NCBI RefSeq assembly: GCF_044704955.1
Contig: NC_091990.1
Location: forward strand, 40,238,001-40,302,000
DNA: 64,000 bases
Direction: 5' to 3'
From: Pristiophorus japonicus
Lineage: Eukaryota
In this document: in pieces, positions 53,101 to 64,000 of the stretch
Layout: each line of letters starts with the position of its first letter
Position numbering within the stretch: position 1 is the stretch's first letter
Notes under the pieces: model-generated
Databases searched by the model: none
Told to the model about the DNA's origin: nothing
What the model saw: only the letters and a program-made list of their open reading frames with translations
Translations under genes and position numbers: made by a program

Positions 53101-53732
53101 CTGCCAGCCTCCTGAGGTCGGCAGCATACTTCGTGATTTCCTGGTCCTCGAGGCGGCGGTGTGTATAAAATCGATGCCTGGCCGTGAGGATGCTCTCCTT
53201 CGGTTTGAGTTGGTCCCAAATTAGCACTTTCAGCTCCTCGTATGACTTGGTCATTGTTTTCTCTGGTGCAAGCAAGTCCCTGACGAGGCCGTAGACCGCG
53301 GGCCCACAACTGGTCAACAGGATAGCTCTGCGCTTATCTGCCAGCGTGGCCGGATCATCGCCTACCAGGTCGTTTGCTTCGAAATATTGGTCGAACCGCT
53401 CCGTAAAGGTGTCCCAATCTTCACCCTCTGAGAACTTTTCTAATGCACCAATGTTAGTCATTTTTGCGTGAAAGTTCGTAATCTTGTCGCCAGTTGTTAT
53501 GTCTTTAATACTCTTATGAATGACTCCACGAGGTCTAGTATTGTACTTGAGCTGTTGTGACCTTAGTCCCATTTATTGTCACTCCAGAGTGAGGCACAAG
53601 CATGGTGGGCAGCCTTTTATACTGGGCCCTGCACACCTATGCCGGTGACTGTCAGGTCTCCCACCGCAGTGCCCTCTGGTGGCACACTTTATGTGACTAT
53701 ACAGTTAGTATACATGGTCTACATACATGACA
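50159..53732 (-). mobile_element. Gypsy element B, internally deleted (gag plus protease remnant, no RT/RNase H)
   Basis: Near-identical LTRs 50159-50394 and 53495-53732, PBS-like TGGCGACAAG and a PPT next to 50395. gag ORF 52625-53572 has a CCHC-like motif (CWRCGGNH..C). TSD GGTTC at 42155-42159 and 53733-53737. Confidence 0.92.
52306..52532 (-). mobile_element. Small retroposed insert within Gypsy B, 13-bp TSD
   Basis: GTGCAGGTATATA on both sides; AT-rich, 3'-UTR-like sequence. Confidence 0.6.
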
Positions 53733-55504
53733 GGTTCCCCACACACACACATTCACACAGACATCAGTAAAAGTAACACCTGGTGGCGTAAACGAAACAG
53801 TACAACAGTACAAAAACTGGCCCGTCCTAATAGGCCCCTGTCGCGAATTAAGACGACGAAGAAAACAACACACTACGGTAACGTACAAGGTATAACTTGA
53901 TTCATCCAACAAATCCCACCTTACACACACTATAATCACACGCAGCAACTCCCCACTAAACCCCTGAGGCTTGGTTTAGGACACACGACACACGACACCC
54001 CCTCACACTCGATTCGGTGGTCTTAACGGTGAGTGAGCTTGGATAATGCTCACCCAGATTATCCATTGGCTTCCTCGCTATTTCTTCCTTGGGGAAAGCT
54101 TTCTCTTCCGCTTCCGTGCCGCCATTGCAGCATTCAGGTCCTGGTCTCGAGGGTCCTTCCAAGGATAGAGTAGCGAGTGGCTCTTGGTCCCCCGTTGGTG
54201 AGTTTCCTCTCCATCCCGGACGGAGTGCACAGTTCTTGAAGTGAAGAGAGAAGAAAGAAATGCAGCAAACTGCCTTCTCTTATAATTTACAGTTCATGCT
54301 CCTTCCTGCCAAAATAGAGCATTTCCTTTGTCTGGGGTGATTGTCTGAATGGCCCATCATCCCTGATCTTACGTTCGTGCATTCTGTTGATGGCTCCTGA
54401 TGGCTCCTGCTTCCACTGGGTCTGCGACTTAATGGCAGTTCTTTGTTCGGTTTCCTGCCTTTCAGGGCTATCCAGGTAATGGCATAAATGGCCGTTGATG
54501 GGTTTCTGCTTCACACCCGATCTTGGGCTAAGCGGTTTCCCATCACTGAGCAATCCTGCCAATCACCTGCCATGAGTTTTCTCTCTTGGCCATTGTTACC
54601 CAGAGACCTTGGTCTGCTCCAGACATTTTCAGCAAACAATGAAACACAATATGTCCAATATCCTTTAATATCTTCCTGGGGCCTGAGCAGATGCTTACAC
54701 ATATCATCATCGTCATCAGATTCCACCGTGATATCTTCACCCAATACCCAACTTCGCCTTTACTGGAGTTGATTCCGCTACCATGACCATTCACCATAAT
54801 GTGGCACTCTGATTCCCTTTTAGTCACCGTGTAAGTGGTCCTTGGATTTAGTCCTCTTTTTAAATAAACCAATAAATGGAACTTTGGGTTGCCTCAGTGT
54901 TATCAGCTATAAATAAAATAAAATTTCCCCTTGTGGGGCACAACTAATAAGGAACTTAAAAATAAGAAGAAAGGAAACATTTAAACTAAATAATAATATT
55001 CTGTTAACTATACATAACAGAATACAACAGTGACTACATTCCAAAAGTACTTCATTGGCTGTAAAGGGCTTTGAGACAAAAGGCGCTATATAAATGCAAG
55101 TCTTTCTTTCTATCCTTTCCTTCATCTCCATAATTTGCAAACATTCACAGATGTTCAAGCTGACCTTCCTGCTCAATGACTCTACAGATGGCACAATCCA
55201 CTGCTCCCAATTCCTTCTTCTTTCACTAGTTTCTAAAATATATTTGAACAAGATATTTTATCCTAAGTTGACCATACCTTCTCTTTTTCCGAGGACAGTC
55301 CCCGGATGAGGTACTATATCGCTGAGCAAACAATGTCCCCGGAAGAGTCCCCGGTTCACAAGACTTGGTCCCAAAATGTACCCAACCTGAACTGAGCTGC
55401 CAGTTTGTGTTTCTCAGGTTTTCTCCTCCCCTCCTCTTATTGACCCCTCCCCTCTAATTGCCACTCTCCCACACCCCAGGTTCGGACATTCGGCCAGTTT
55501 TGCC

Positions 55505-55710
55505 TCCCGCCCCCTGCCTCCTATCCCTGCCCCCCGCCTCCTATCCCTGCCCTCCGCCTCCTATCCCTGCCCTCCACCTCCTATCCCTGCCCCCCGCCTC
55601 CTATCCCTGCCCCCCGCCTCGTATCCCTGCCCCCCGCCTCCTAGCCCTGCCCTCCACCTCCTATCCCTGCCCCCCCGCCTCCTATCCCTGCCCTCCACCT
55701 CCTATCCCCG
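55505..55710. repeat. 20-bp minisatellite (CCTCCTATCCCTGCCCCCCG)n
   Basis: About 10 units visible. Confidence 0.95.
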
Positions 55711-55934
55711 GCTTGTCTCCAAACACCAAACCGGCCCTTGCAGCTGGCCAGCTGCATGATAATGAGGCCCGGCCAAATGGAAAGTCCACCACCCGCCTGA
55801 TTAGCACATTCGGCCCCAGCAGCCCCAGCGAGTCCACGCGGTTGTTTTTTGGCCCTTGTGTTGACCCCCAGAGCTCGAGTGTTAGAAATAAACTGACAGA
55901 CGACCACCATGCCCTGATGTACTATCAACCACAG

Positions 55935-56128
55935 CTCATCCTTTCAACATCTAAATCTGGAATTGGAGATACATCTCCCACCTGAGATTGCCAACGAATC
56001 CAGTGGGGTTTTCCATTGCCATTCCAGTAAAAAGGCACATGAACAGGAGCAAATAGAGCAACGCCAAGCTAAAAGGAGACTGTGGATAGCTTTGTTCATT
56101 TGTGCAATATTTATCGGAGAACTGGTTG
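55935..56128 (+). pseudogene. Orphan exon of a ZnT/SLC30A (SLC30A2/3/8 clade) zinc transporter
   Basis: acAG acceptor and G|GT donor. Translates ..ESSGVFHCHSSKKAHEQEQIEQRQAKRRLWIALFICAIFIGELVG, which is the HCH motif plus TM1 (A..RL..A..IC..F(M)IGE.VG). The conserved Met is missing and I found no other ZnT exons in the window. Confidence 0.75.
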
Positions 56129-56164
56129 GTGACTACATTAATCCTAGATGTGTGAGGGTGTTGG

Positions 56165-56830
56165 GGGCAGGGTGTGACCTCAGTCATTGGGGGGAGGGGT
56201 CAGGTGTGACCTCAGTCACTGGGGGTTTGGGGGTCAGGTGTGACCTCAGTCATTGGGGGGAGGGGTCAGGTGTGACCTCAGTCACTGGGGGTTTGGGGGT
56301 CAGGTGTGACCTCAGTCATTGGGGGGGGAAGGGGTCAGATGTGACCTCAGTCACTGGGGGGAGGGGTCAGGTGTGACCTCAGTCATTGGGGGGGAGGGGT
56401 CAGGTGTGACCTCAGTCATTGGGGGGGAAGGGGTCAGATGTGACCTCAGTCATTGGGAGGGAAGGCGTCAGATGTGACCTCAGTCACTGGGGGTTTGGGG
56501 GTCAGGTGTGACCTCAGTCATTGGGGTTTTGGGGGTCAGGTGTGACCTCAGTCACTGGGGGGAGGGGTCAGGTGTGACCTCAGTCATTGGGGGGGAGGAG
56601 TCAGCTGTGACCTCAGTCAATGGGGGGGAAGGGGTCAGATGTGACCTTAGTCTTTGGGAGAGAAGGGGTCAGATGTGACCTCAGTCACTGGGGGTTTGGG
56701 GGTCAGGTGTGACCTCAGTCATTGGGGTTTGGGGGTCAGGTGTGACCTCAGTCACTGGGGGGAGGGGTCAGATGTGACCTCAGTCACGGGAAGGGGGAAG
56801 GAGTCAGGTGTGACCTCAGTCACGGGTGTG
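56165..56830. repeat. Minisatellite of about 32-35 bp (GGGGTCAGGTGTGACCTCAGTCAYTGGGGG..)n
   Basis: About 20 units visible. Confidence 0.95.
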
Positions 56831-57316
56831 GGTGGTCTTTATACGCTTCAATAGTGTGATGTCACACTCGCTGTAATTAGATGCACATTTGTAATGTTTC
56901 TGTACAACTGTTAAAATACAGGCTGTTAAAAATGTTTGCCTCACTACGTTGCGCAAGTTATATTTTCTGTCCGGGCTTCTTTGCTGTGCTCCCACCCCGT
57001 GTATCCCCGGATACAGTTTAATAAATATGGTCACCCTATTAGACCCTTTAACTAGCTTTAAGCAATTTAATCTATAGCCTGTTTTCAATTTATTCTCAAA
57101 CTTTATAATATCCTTTTAACACTCTTTGTCCCCTGAATAAAGCCGATGTCTGAACTACAAGTGTCCGGAAAATTTAAAATTAATGGGTTCACATTTGTGC
57201 TAAAATTGTGGAGAGAGGGATTTCAGAGAGTGGACCATCCTCCAGTCTCCCGTGGAATAGTCTCCGCTGTTCGCACTCAGCCAAAGAGCAGTCCATGACA
57301 TCTGCTCGATTTCCGA

Positions 57317-57334
57317 GGAAACGAAACTGAAACT
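57317..57334 (+). promoter_or_regulatory. ISRE / IRF element (GGAAACGAAACTGAAACT)
   Basis: Three tandem GAAA cores, including a perfect GAAANNGAAACT, in CpG-containing sequence. Donor G|GTAAAG at 57391/57392 suggests a short non-coding exon 1. Confidence 0.85.
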
Positions 57335-58119
57335 AACGGCGCAGGTTCGATTTCCTTGCCTCGACAGAGTCACGGGATCTTGACAAAAAAGGTAAAGTCG
57401 GAAAAACAGCTGTTGTGTCTTGGCTGCCTGTGTTAGGGCGCGGTTATAAATTAAAGGGAACAGCCTGTTCTCGCTGCAAAATAAAAGGCCACCTGTGCCG
57501 GAAATTGCATTGAAAGTTTAAAGGGTTTAATCCGTTGAGCATTAGGCTCCAGCAGAATCCGCTCAGTTTGCTATATATCCTGCACTTCAGTGAACATCCG
57601 GTTATTTGTACTGAGATCTGCTGCAGTTCACCTTGGCTTTGGGTAACTCCAACATTTACCAGGTATATATATATATTCATTTAAGAGAGATTGATGTCGT
57701 GATTCAAAACAGGGTAGTTCTTCTACAGATTGCATTTTTTTTTTAGCAATATTACTTTTCCATAATCGTTTAAAAATTATTGCAAGTAAACACCAGTTTA
57801 TTCATAAAACACCAGTGCATTTTTTAAGGCATTTTTGTTGTTTGCACCATTACTTGTAGGATGATGATGACCGGTACTTTCCTATGTGACAAACAGTAAC
57901 TCTGCGCCCTATCGACTCCTGCCAAATTGCGCAGGAGTTAGCGGAGGCGCTGGCACAGTAACGCCTCGGGCCTCCGCGCAACCGACGGCGACATTATCGG
58001 CGTGCGGTGACCCCTTAGCGCCACTTGCCGACCCCTTTCCGCCCCACCACTGAAATTGCCCTGCGTCCCGCGGTGGTGCTGCTGCCGCCACCAGAAGCTT
58101 AACTGGTCTCACCATATCA

Positions 58120-59335
58120 ACACTAGCTACAAGAGCAGGGCAGACGCTGGATACACTGATAAGTGGCTCATCTCTTGACCCCTCAATGCCTCTTCACAGT
58201 CTACGAGGTAAAGTCATGATTGTGATGAAATATTCACCACTCACCTGGATGGGTGCAGCTACAACATCACTCAAGAAGCTTGGCGCTATCCAGCATAGAG
58301 TAGAATGCTTGATTAGCCCCTGGCCATTGAATTCAGTATCCCCATCTTCATAGGCGGTCCCTCGAAACGAGAATGACTTGCTTCCACGCCAAAAAAGAGT
58401 AAGTTCACAGGTGTTCCAATGAAGGACCTAAAGTTCCAGGTCCTAAACTACATTCTGAAGGGTGGAAGATGCCTGTGCGTGGATTTTTTTTCACGTGTGG
58501 TGACTGTTGCACACCAGCCACCACACGGACTTGATAGAGCTAGGTCTTGGTCCAGTGCCAAGAATTACCCAAGATGACTGGAGACCAGCTCTGCTGCACG
58601 GGCCATCAGCAGCAGGTTGGGACCATAAAAGGAGCGGCGAGCGGTGGCCTGGGAGAAGCGTGGAGGCCCCGACCTGCGGAAGAACACCAGCGGCAGGTTG
58701 GGGCCATAAAAGGAGCAGCGAGCGGTGGCCTGGGAGCTGCGTGGAGGCATGCAACTTCAGGGAGCAGCGCGAGCTGCGAAGGCAGCAAAGAGTGACGTCA
58801 TCAAGGTCCAGGTTGGCGATTAGAGTGTGGGCAGATACAGCAGGAGAGGCGAGGTCAGGGCGAAGGAGCGGTGAGAGACTGTAGAGGGATGTGATCGAGG
58901 CCCAGGGGAGGCGTGAGCAGGGGCCTGGTGGCAGCACGAGCCAGCCCACACTGTGATTCAGTACCCACCCTCTTAATCATCAGCACACTGGCTTGTTTGT
59001 GTCTGTACGATTTACAGGATGCATTGCAGCAACTCACCAAGCTTGCTTCAAAAGCATCTCCCAGCCCAGTGACCTTTACCAAAGTTAAGAGCGGCAAGAT
59101 CATAGGAACACCTTCCCCTTCCAAGTCACGCACCATCTTGACTTGGACATATCCCCCACATTCCTTTATCGTTACTTGGTCAAAATCCTAAAATTCCCTA
59201 CCTAACACCATTTTGGAAGCACCATCAACAAAAGGATTGCAGCGGTTCCAGGCAAATGATCTCGGGGCAATGAGGGATGGGCATTAAAACTTCAGCGTTC
59301 CCAGCATTGCCCAGATCTTGGGAACGAATAAGAAA
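58120..59335 (+). mobile_element. Old LINE RT 3' fragment interrupted by a SINE/RTE-like repeat (58345-58960)
   Basis: Degenerate Y..KV..VM.YSPL.W RT motif near 58200-58250; the 3' part matches 35540-35790. The insert begins cataggcggtccctcgaa, as at about 10056. Confidence 0.5.
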
Positions 59336-59701
59336 ATACCACCTCTGATAGCAGCAGCACGACTACATTTTTATTGAAAGTTAGCCACTGATATATCCCA
59401 ATAAAAATGAAGTACAATTCAGTTTTATCTAGCAATCACATAAGAGTGAAGAGTTATAATTTCACTGAAGGTAACTAGGCAAAATTTGAAACCCAAGGTT
59501 TTGCGATAACAATTAGCACCAACTCTGACGTTCTAAATCTGCTACCAAATGAAGTTACTACACAGCACAGTCAGGACTTCCCTATTAACCTTTTAAACTG
59601 AAATTGCTTCTTGTGTTGATCCATTCAGGTAGCTCATAGTGTTCCAGCTGTTGCTGAAACCTGAAATTCTTGTATTGGTCATCCTTGAAACTATTGGAAA
59701 A

Positions 59702-60963
59702 ATGCTACATCTGGTCTATATCCTGCTGATCTTGTCTGCTTCTTTCAACACAGGTGAGACATAGACTTATGTGGTAATGCTGATTGATTTCAATTACTTG
59801 CAAAGTTATGCCTGACCCTTCTACAATCTTACTGAATTTTTTTTTATTGGGAAACAAGTGAGCTGTAAAGACTCATCAAGTTGATCATAGAAAGGGCAAC
59901 TACGTCTGAAAATTCTGAGTAGGTAACTTACTTTTAATCTCAAAGTCTATTAATGCTACAGAAGGAAGGAAAGGCGCACATCTTGAGGATATGATTGGAA
60001 CTAGATTCTTGCATTCCAGGGAGCTGAGGATCTAATCCACACAATGAGAATACATGTCAGTTATACACATAGAACAGAATGGAGTAATGGCAGAATGTTC
60101 TTTGGCAATGGCACCAAAGATCAAAGTTGGAGGAGATAAAAAAGAGAACCAAAAAGAGTTAGCAACTATACAATCAGGATGGTAAAGTGCTGAAAATGAG
60201 GATTCACAGAAGTTATTGACAAATGACCATAAGAAACGCACCCAGAGGTCAAGAAAAGAACGGTTGAAGCTGCTTTTTCATTTATTAAAAAAAAATACAT
60301 TTAGCAATTCTATTAGTTGAATCGCAGAGGTTATGAGCACAGATAAAAGCTTTGGATTCTTGAGACTGATCAAGATGGAACTGCATTAAGCATAATGTTT
60401 GAGTGGCAGACAGCAGCCAAGCATGATTGAACCAGATTGCAGTGACATCTGTGATGGGAAAGAGTGAGATATCAAGATTGTCATGCCACCTACAATAACA
60501 TTAGTTACTTAGCTGCCACAAACAGAAAGTGCAGAAGAGTTGAACCATCAAGAAATCACTGACTATCCCAATTGAGATTTATAGAGATTAAAACATCCAT
60601 TCTGAAGCACACCTTGTAATGTTGAACATGTGCGAAAGGCATGGTGGCGATGCATCCATCTAACTGTGTAATATATTGAAAGTCTTCCATATAGCCCACA
60701 CTTTCTGCAAAATATCATCGCGATTCCAAAGAAATCCATTGATTGATTGTAAAATGCTTTGGGTCAGTCTTCGGATGTGATAAAGTGCTATGTTAATGCA
60801 AATTTGTATCCTCCGACTTACTGTGACCAATGATATGAGAGACCTGACACTGCGTGTAAAAGACAAATATTTTTGAAAAGTCAAAATAAAAAAGAACATT
60901 TTCTCATTCATGTTATTAATCTGCTCCCCTTTACAGGTTCAAGCTCGTCTTCATCTGACAATG
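59702..60963 (+). CDS. 5' coding exons of a third interferon-stimulated gene, probably IFI6-like: join(59702-59753,60937-60963,...), incomplete
   Basis: ATG at 59702 gives MLHLVYILLILSASFNT (signal-peptide-like) with donor G|GTGAGA. A 27-nt phase-1 exon GSSSSSDNG follows, with ttacAG acceptor and G|GTAAAC donor. It lies downstream of the ISRE; the ISG12-domain exon is not in the window. Confidence 0.6.
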
Positions 60964-61229
60964 GTAAACCTCATTCCTCTCTATCCAATCTCTTCCTTAT
61001 ATATTCCTCCTTTCTTCAATACTGTGTGACTTGTGTGTCCGTAGTGATCATACAGTTCTCCGTTATTAGTTGCGTTGCTAAGAGGTGCTTTTTTTCTCTT
61101 CAATGATTTATCTTTTTCAAGTGAGCAATGGCAGGGCTGGGGGATGGAACACTTTCCCATTTCTCTCTGCACTAGTATTATTTACTGCATTGGGAAAGTG
61201 TCAGTTGGGCACTCAGTTATTTTTGTAAT

Positions 61230-63708
61230 AAAGGTACAGCATGGGCGACTTTAATCTACATATTGATTGGGCTAATCAAACTGGTAACAATACGGTGGAG
61301 GAGGATTTCCTGGAATGTATTAGGGATGATTTTCTAGACCAATATGTCTAGGAACCAACTAGAGAGCTGGCCATCCTAGACTGGGTGTTGTGTAATGAGA
61401 GAAGACTAATTAGCAATCTTGTTGTGCTAGGCCCCCTGGGGAGGAGTGACCATAATATGGTAGAATTCTTTATTAAGATGGAGAGTGACACAGTTAATTC
61501 AGAGACTAGGGTCCTGAACTTAAGGATAGGTAACTTCGATGGTATGAGACGTGAATTGGCTTGGATAAACTGGCAAATCATACTTACATGGTTGACAGTG
61601 GCTAGGCAATGGCAGACATTTATAGATCACATGGATGAACTTCATCAATTGTACACCCCTGTCTGGAGTAAAAATAAAACGGGGAAAGTGGCTCAACCGT
61701 GGCTAACAAGGGAAATTAGGATACTGTTAAATCCAAGGAAGAGGCATATAAATTGGTTAGAAAAAGCAGCAAACCTGAGGACTAGGAGAAATTTAGAATT
61801 CAGCAGAGGAGGACAAAGGGTTTAATTAGGAGGGGGAAATAGAGTATGAGAGGAAGCTTGCAGGGAACATAAAAACTGACTATAGATATGTGAAGAGAAA
61901 AAGGTTAGTGAAGACAAACATAGGTCTCTTGCAGTCAGAATCAGGTGAATTTATATTGGGTAACAAAGAAATGGTAGATCAATTGAAAAAATACTTTGGT
62001 TCTGGCTTCACTAAGGAAGACACAAATAACCTTCTGGAAATACTAGGGGACCGAGGGTCTAGCGAGAAGGAGGAACTGAAGGGAATCCTTATTAGTCAGG
62101 AAATTGTGTTAGGGAAATTGATGGGATTGAAGACCAATAAATCCCCAGGGCCTGATAGGCTGCATCCCAGAGTACTTAAGGAAGTGGCCCTAGAAATATT
62201 GGATGCATTGGTGATCATTTTCCAACATTCTTTTGACTCTGGATCAGTCCCTATGGACTGGAGGATAGCTAATGTAACACCACTTTTTAAAAAAGGAGGG
62301 AGGGAGAAAACGGAATTATAGACCGGTTAGCCTGACATCGGTGGTAGGGAAAATGTTGGCATCAGTTATTAAAGATGAAATAGCAGAGCATTTGGAAAAC
62401 AGTGGCAGGATCGGTCCAAGTCAGCATGGACTTATGAAAGGGAAATCATGCTTGACAAATCTAGAATTTTTATGAGGTTGTAACTGAAAAGGGAGAACCA
62501 GTGAATGTGGTGTATTTGGACTTTCAAAAGGCTTTTGACAAGCTCCCACACAAGATTAGTGTGCAAAATTAAAGTACATGGTATTGGGGTAATTTATTGA
62601 TGTGGATAGAGAACTGGTTGGCAGACAGGAAGCAGAGAGTCGGAATAAATGGGTCCTTTTCAGAATGGCAGGCAATGACTAGTGGGGTGCCGCAGGGTTT
62701 AGTGCTGTAACCCCAGCTCTTTATAATATACATTAATGATTTAGATGAAGGAATTGAATGTAATATCTCCAAATTTGCAGATGATACGAAGCTGTGTGGT
62801 GGTGTGAGCTGTGAGGAGGATGGTAAGAGGCTGCAGGCTGCCTTGGACAGGTTAGGTTAGTGGGTAAATGCATGGCAGATGCAGAATAATGTAGATAAGT
62901 GTGAGGTTATCCACTTTGGTGGCAAAAACAGTAAAGCAGAATATTATCTGGATGGTGACAGATTAGGAAAAGGGGAGATGCAACGAGACCTGGGTGTCAT
63001 GGTACATCAGTCATTGAAAGTTGGCAAGCAGGTACAGCAGGCGATGAAGAAGGCAATGGCATGTTGGCCTTCATAGCTAGGGGATTTGAGTATAGGAGCA
63101 TTGAGGTCTTATGCAGTTGTACAGGGCCTTGTTGAGGCCACACCTGGAATTTTGTGTTCAGTTTTGGTCTCCTAATCTGAGGAAGGACGTTATTGCAATT
63201 GAGGGAGTGCAGCGAAGGTTCACCAGATTGATTCCCGGGATGGCAGGACTGACATATGAGGAGAGACTGGATTGACTGGGCCTGTATTCACTGCAGTTTA
63301 GAAAACTGAGAGGGGATCTCATAGAAACATACAAAATTCTGACTGGTTTGGACAGGTTAGAGGCAGGAAGAATGTTCTCAATGCTGGGGAAGTTCAGAAC
63401 CAGGGGTCACAGTCCTAAGGATAAGGGGTAAGTCATTTAGGACCGAGATGAGGAGAAACTTCTTCACTCAGTTGTTAACCTGCGGAATTCTCTGCCGCAG
63501 AAAGTTGTTGAGGCCAGTTCATTAGATATATTCAAAAGGGAGTTAGATATGGCCCTTGCGGCTAAAGGGATCAAGGGGTATGGAGAGAAGGAGAGAAAGC
63601 GGGAAAGGGGTACTGAGGTTGAATGATCAGCCATGATCTTATTGAATGGTGTGCAGACTCGAAGGGCCGAATGGCCTATTCCTGCACCTATTTTCTATGT
63701 TTCTACCC
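61230..63708 (+). mobile_element. 5'-truncated CR1 LINE (APE C-terminal part, RT, tail)
   Basis: ORFs 61385-61825, 61890-62321 and 62879-63076; tail ttttctatgtttcta. Confidence 0.93.
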
Positions 63709-64000
63709 ATTGATTGAAAGAAATTGTCCCATTGCAGCATTTTCTTTAAAACCATGTCCTCCCCACTACCAGCCTTCACGAATCCAGCAAGCTTATTTTG
63801 CTGTTGCCTCCAGCTGCATGAAAACTGGTGCCAAACGCATGGCAGTAAGCACAATAAAAGTGCCTTTATTCAAAGCCGAATTAAGAATTCTTGTGGCACT
63901 TTGAGGTCTATCCGCAGCCCCAAAAAACTCCCTTCACCTCATCGGTGAAAATCTACCCCAAAGGAGAAGACTTGGCTGCTGCTCTCCAGCGCTGGGATTC

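Larger units (their letters stand above)
42027..54699 (-). mobile_element. Long solo LTR of about 1.1 kb (42027-42159 plus 53733-54699) split by nested Gypsy insertions
   Basis: TG...CA termini and a 4-bp TSD CATA (42023-42026, 54700-54703); the empty paralogous site has a single CATA at 25887-25890. Minus-strand TATA-like motif near 54283 and AATAAA near 42150. Confidence 0.75.
12870..54970 (+). repeat. Tandem segmental duplication: unit 1 about 12870-26170, unit 2 about 34950-54970
   Basis: Collinear unique-sequence matches: 12871/34951, 16190/36320, 18100/38400, 20775/41260, 25510/41660 and 25900/54705. The units differ mainly by copy-specific transposon insertions. Confidence 0.9.

Noticed and set aside
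54690-54744. Minus-strand exon ending EDITVESDDDDDM with a GTAAGC donor
   Set aside because: The TGTAAGC is the terminus of the solo LTR, as shown by the CATA TSD and the empty paralogous site.
55963-56376. 137-aa ORF as a complete protein
   Set aside because: Only the part up to 56128 is ZnT-like; the remainder reads through a donor site into minisatellite.
56165-56830. Regularly spaced repeats resembling a CRISPR array
   Set aside because: The intervening sequences are near-identical G-runs rather than unique spacers. There are no cas genes and the context is eukaryotic, so this is a minisatellite.

Overview
This is vertebrate genomic DNA, most likely from a cartilaginous fish (inferred from the CR1/L2/Tx1/Gypsy/Harbinger repeat set). 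More than half of the window is transposon-derived. The genic content is a + strand cluster of interferon-stimulated ISG12 (IFI27/IFI6 family) genes. Two are complete three-coding-exon IFI27-like paralogs (13408-18235, 97 aa; 35106-38563, 98 aa) lying in an old tandem segmental duplication. A third gene begins downstream, with a triple-GAAA ISRE promoter, a signal-peptide exon and a Ser-rich micro-exon; it is IFI6-like by inference and runs off the window. An orphan ZnT (SLC30A2/3/8-type) exon flanked by G/C-rich minisatellites sits upstream of that promoter. Notable observations: (1) a TGA/TGG switch that removes or exposes a C-terminal dilysine (KKxx/KxKxx) tail in the two paralogs; (2) a five-level nested transposon insertion whose boundaries can be read against the empty paralogous site; (3) two Tx1-like LINE tandem dimers with identical 5' junctions but different 3' UTRs; (4) a scrambled copy of the third gene's 5' region carrying kappaB-like sites and an interleaved inverted-repeat scar. 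All homology calls come from reading the sequence and recalled family motifs; no searches were run.
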